From NCBI RefSeq assembly GCF_009914755.1, contig NC_060935.1: a stretch of 64,000 nt of DNA. One strand, written 5' to 3'. The notes beneath the pieces were generated by a model. The model ran no database searches. It worked only from the letters and a program-made list of their open reading frames with translations, and had not been told where the DNA came from. The position numbers and the translations under genes were made by a program. Below, piece after piece: positions 62,562 to 64,000 of this stretch. Numbering within the stretch: position 1 is the stretch's first letter; the number at the start of each line of letters is the position of its first letter. The DNA is from the human T2T-CHM13v2.0 reference genome, Homo sapiens.

Positions 62562-62720
62562 TAGGGGGACCAACTTATCCCAGTTAACCAACTTATCCCA
62601 GTTATCCCTTTGTATGGGGACCAACTTATCTCAGTTGTAGGGGGACCAACTTATCCCTGAAAATCTCACATCTTGGGAAATCCCTGAATCCTGGGAAAAT
62701 GGCGTGGCTGCTAACGGCTT
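62562..62720 (+). mobile_element. MER81-like (hAT-Blackjack) with reiterated left end
   Basis: tagggggaccaac resembles the MER81 TIR TAGGGTGACCAAC; ctgaaaatctcacatcttgggaaatccc resembles its core. Confidence 0.7.
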
Positions 62721-64000
62721 CTCAGGAAGCATGCTGACTGGGGCATGACTTACGGTGGGGACCAAGGCTTCTATCCAGAGCGCATAGGCAAAGCTCTCTG
62801 GTGTGATGAGGGTTCCAGGCTAACGTCCCCACCACTGTCATCCAGTGGTCCTGGAGGGAACTACTGAGAAAGAGTAGGATATCTATGAGAGAAGGCATCT
62901 CCACTTCTTCATCAGCTGCCTTGCCCTCCCATGTCCAGTGTCCTTGAGCAGGCCTGCAAAGTACGGTCGGCCTCTGGGAGTGGATTCTGCCCAATGGAGC
63001 TCACTTGCACCTGCAGGTCTGAGATTCTGCACTCATCTTGGCAGAGGGTTCCTGAGGGTCACAACAGAAAGCCTTCCTTCATTTGACTTTTTCAAAGAAG
63101 GAACAATGTGGTATAATTTATCTCTGAAAGATGAATAATGACAAAGAGACTTAGAGCTCCATGATTTAAAGAGGAAAATGGTAATATTCATGAATAATGA
63201 ATGTTTACACCTTGCCCAGGGAGAGGAGAGAGAAACCTGGGTCCCCACCTTTTGTGTTGTTCTTGTTATTCAGTGTCAAAACAAAACCATGGGTGCCCTT
63301 GCCTGACACCACACACTCATAGGTGAGAATTTTCCCAGGTTCAGTGCCCTTTCACCTTTCCCACCCTCTGTTCTTCTCTGTAACTTCACTTTCACTCGGG
63401 CTCACCTCACGTGGCCACCATCCTATCCTGCAGCACACGGTCACAGAGAGCTTAGCCCTGAGGTTGACTTCTTTTGTTCCAAAATTCTCAGGCCTGGGCC
63501 ATTGCGTCTTCTGCTGGAGGCACGCATCTAGCGGCGTGTACTCCTCCCCTGATCCTCATGTTGTGTTTTCTATCAAGAACTACTTTCTCTTAATAAGACG
63601 GAGCCCATTCTCTAGGGAAAGCCTGCAACCAGGCATGTAGAGCCTGGTAGCATCTCCATCTTCAGGCTTGCTGTTCAAGAATACCTGCAGCGATGAATCA
63701 TAAAGAGGGTATATTTCCAGATATGCTTGGAGAAAGAACAGAAGGAGGCATCATTGCCAAAACAGTAGAGGGCAGGCCATGAACTAGCTTCTATGAATTC
63801 CTTAGAGTCACTTGCTTAAAAGGAGAACCTCAGTCCTTCTGGAGCACTGAAGGCGGACAAGAGCAGCTGCAACCTTCACCAGATCCCAAGCCCTAGGGCT
63901 GTGGTAGGCCACGTGCTGCAGCTGCCTAGGCTTTCCTTGCTACGCACAGAGAATGCATGATGGCCAGAGCCCTGATCTTGGGCAGACCGTCCCTTCCAGG

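Overview
Primate, almost certainly human, non-coding genomic DNA that is intergenic or deep intronic. I found no credible protein-coding exon: the long ORFs come from tandem repeats, Alu, L1 or LTR sequence, or chance. A large share of the window is interspersed repeat: 11 Alus (most with recognisable TSDs), old L1M copies, L2 and MIR, ERV1/ERVL/MaLR LTRs, a decayed LTR16/ERV3-16A3-type provirus with RNaseH and integrase remnants, a near-complete MST MaLR element, and MER58A, MER44A and MER81 DNA transposons. The most striking unexplained structure is a 99-bp, 87%-identical, ungapped inverted repeat (28000-28098 / 29127-29225) bracketing a 43-bp x 15.6 VNTR rich in E-boxes. Other highlights are a tailless U2 snRNA retrocopy with a perfect 12-bp TSD, a twin-primed L1 carrying nested MER44A and Alu, a MER4A1 LTR splitting an ATG microsatellite into two differently evolving halves, a fold-back palindromic insertion, many short tandem duplications, several repeat-free blocks rich in homeobox/FOX/TCF motifs that resemble developmental enhancers, and candidate lncRNA micro-exons. 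Repeat subfamily names come from recalled consensus sequences and need RepeatMasker/Dfam confirmation. I could not assign the locus, and I cannot support a claim of a genuinely new biological system from sequence alone.
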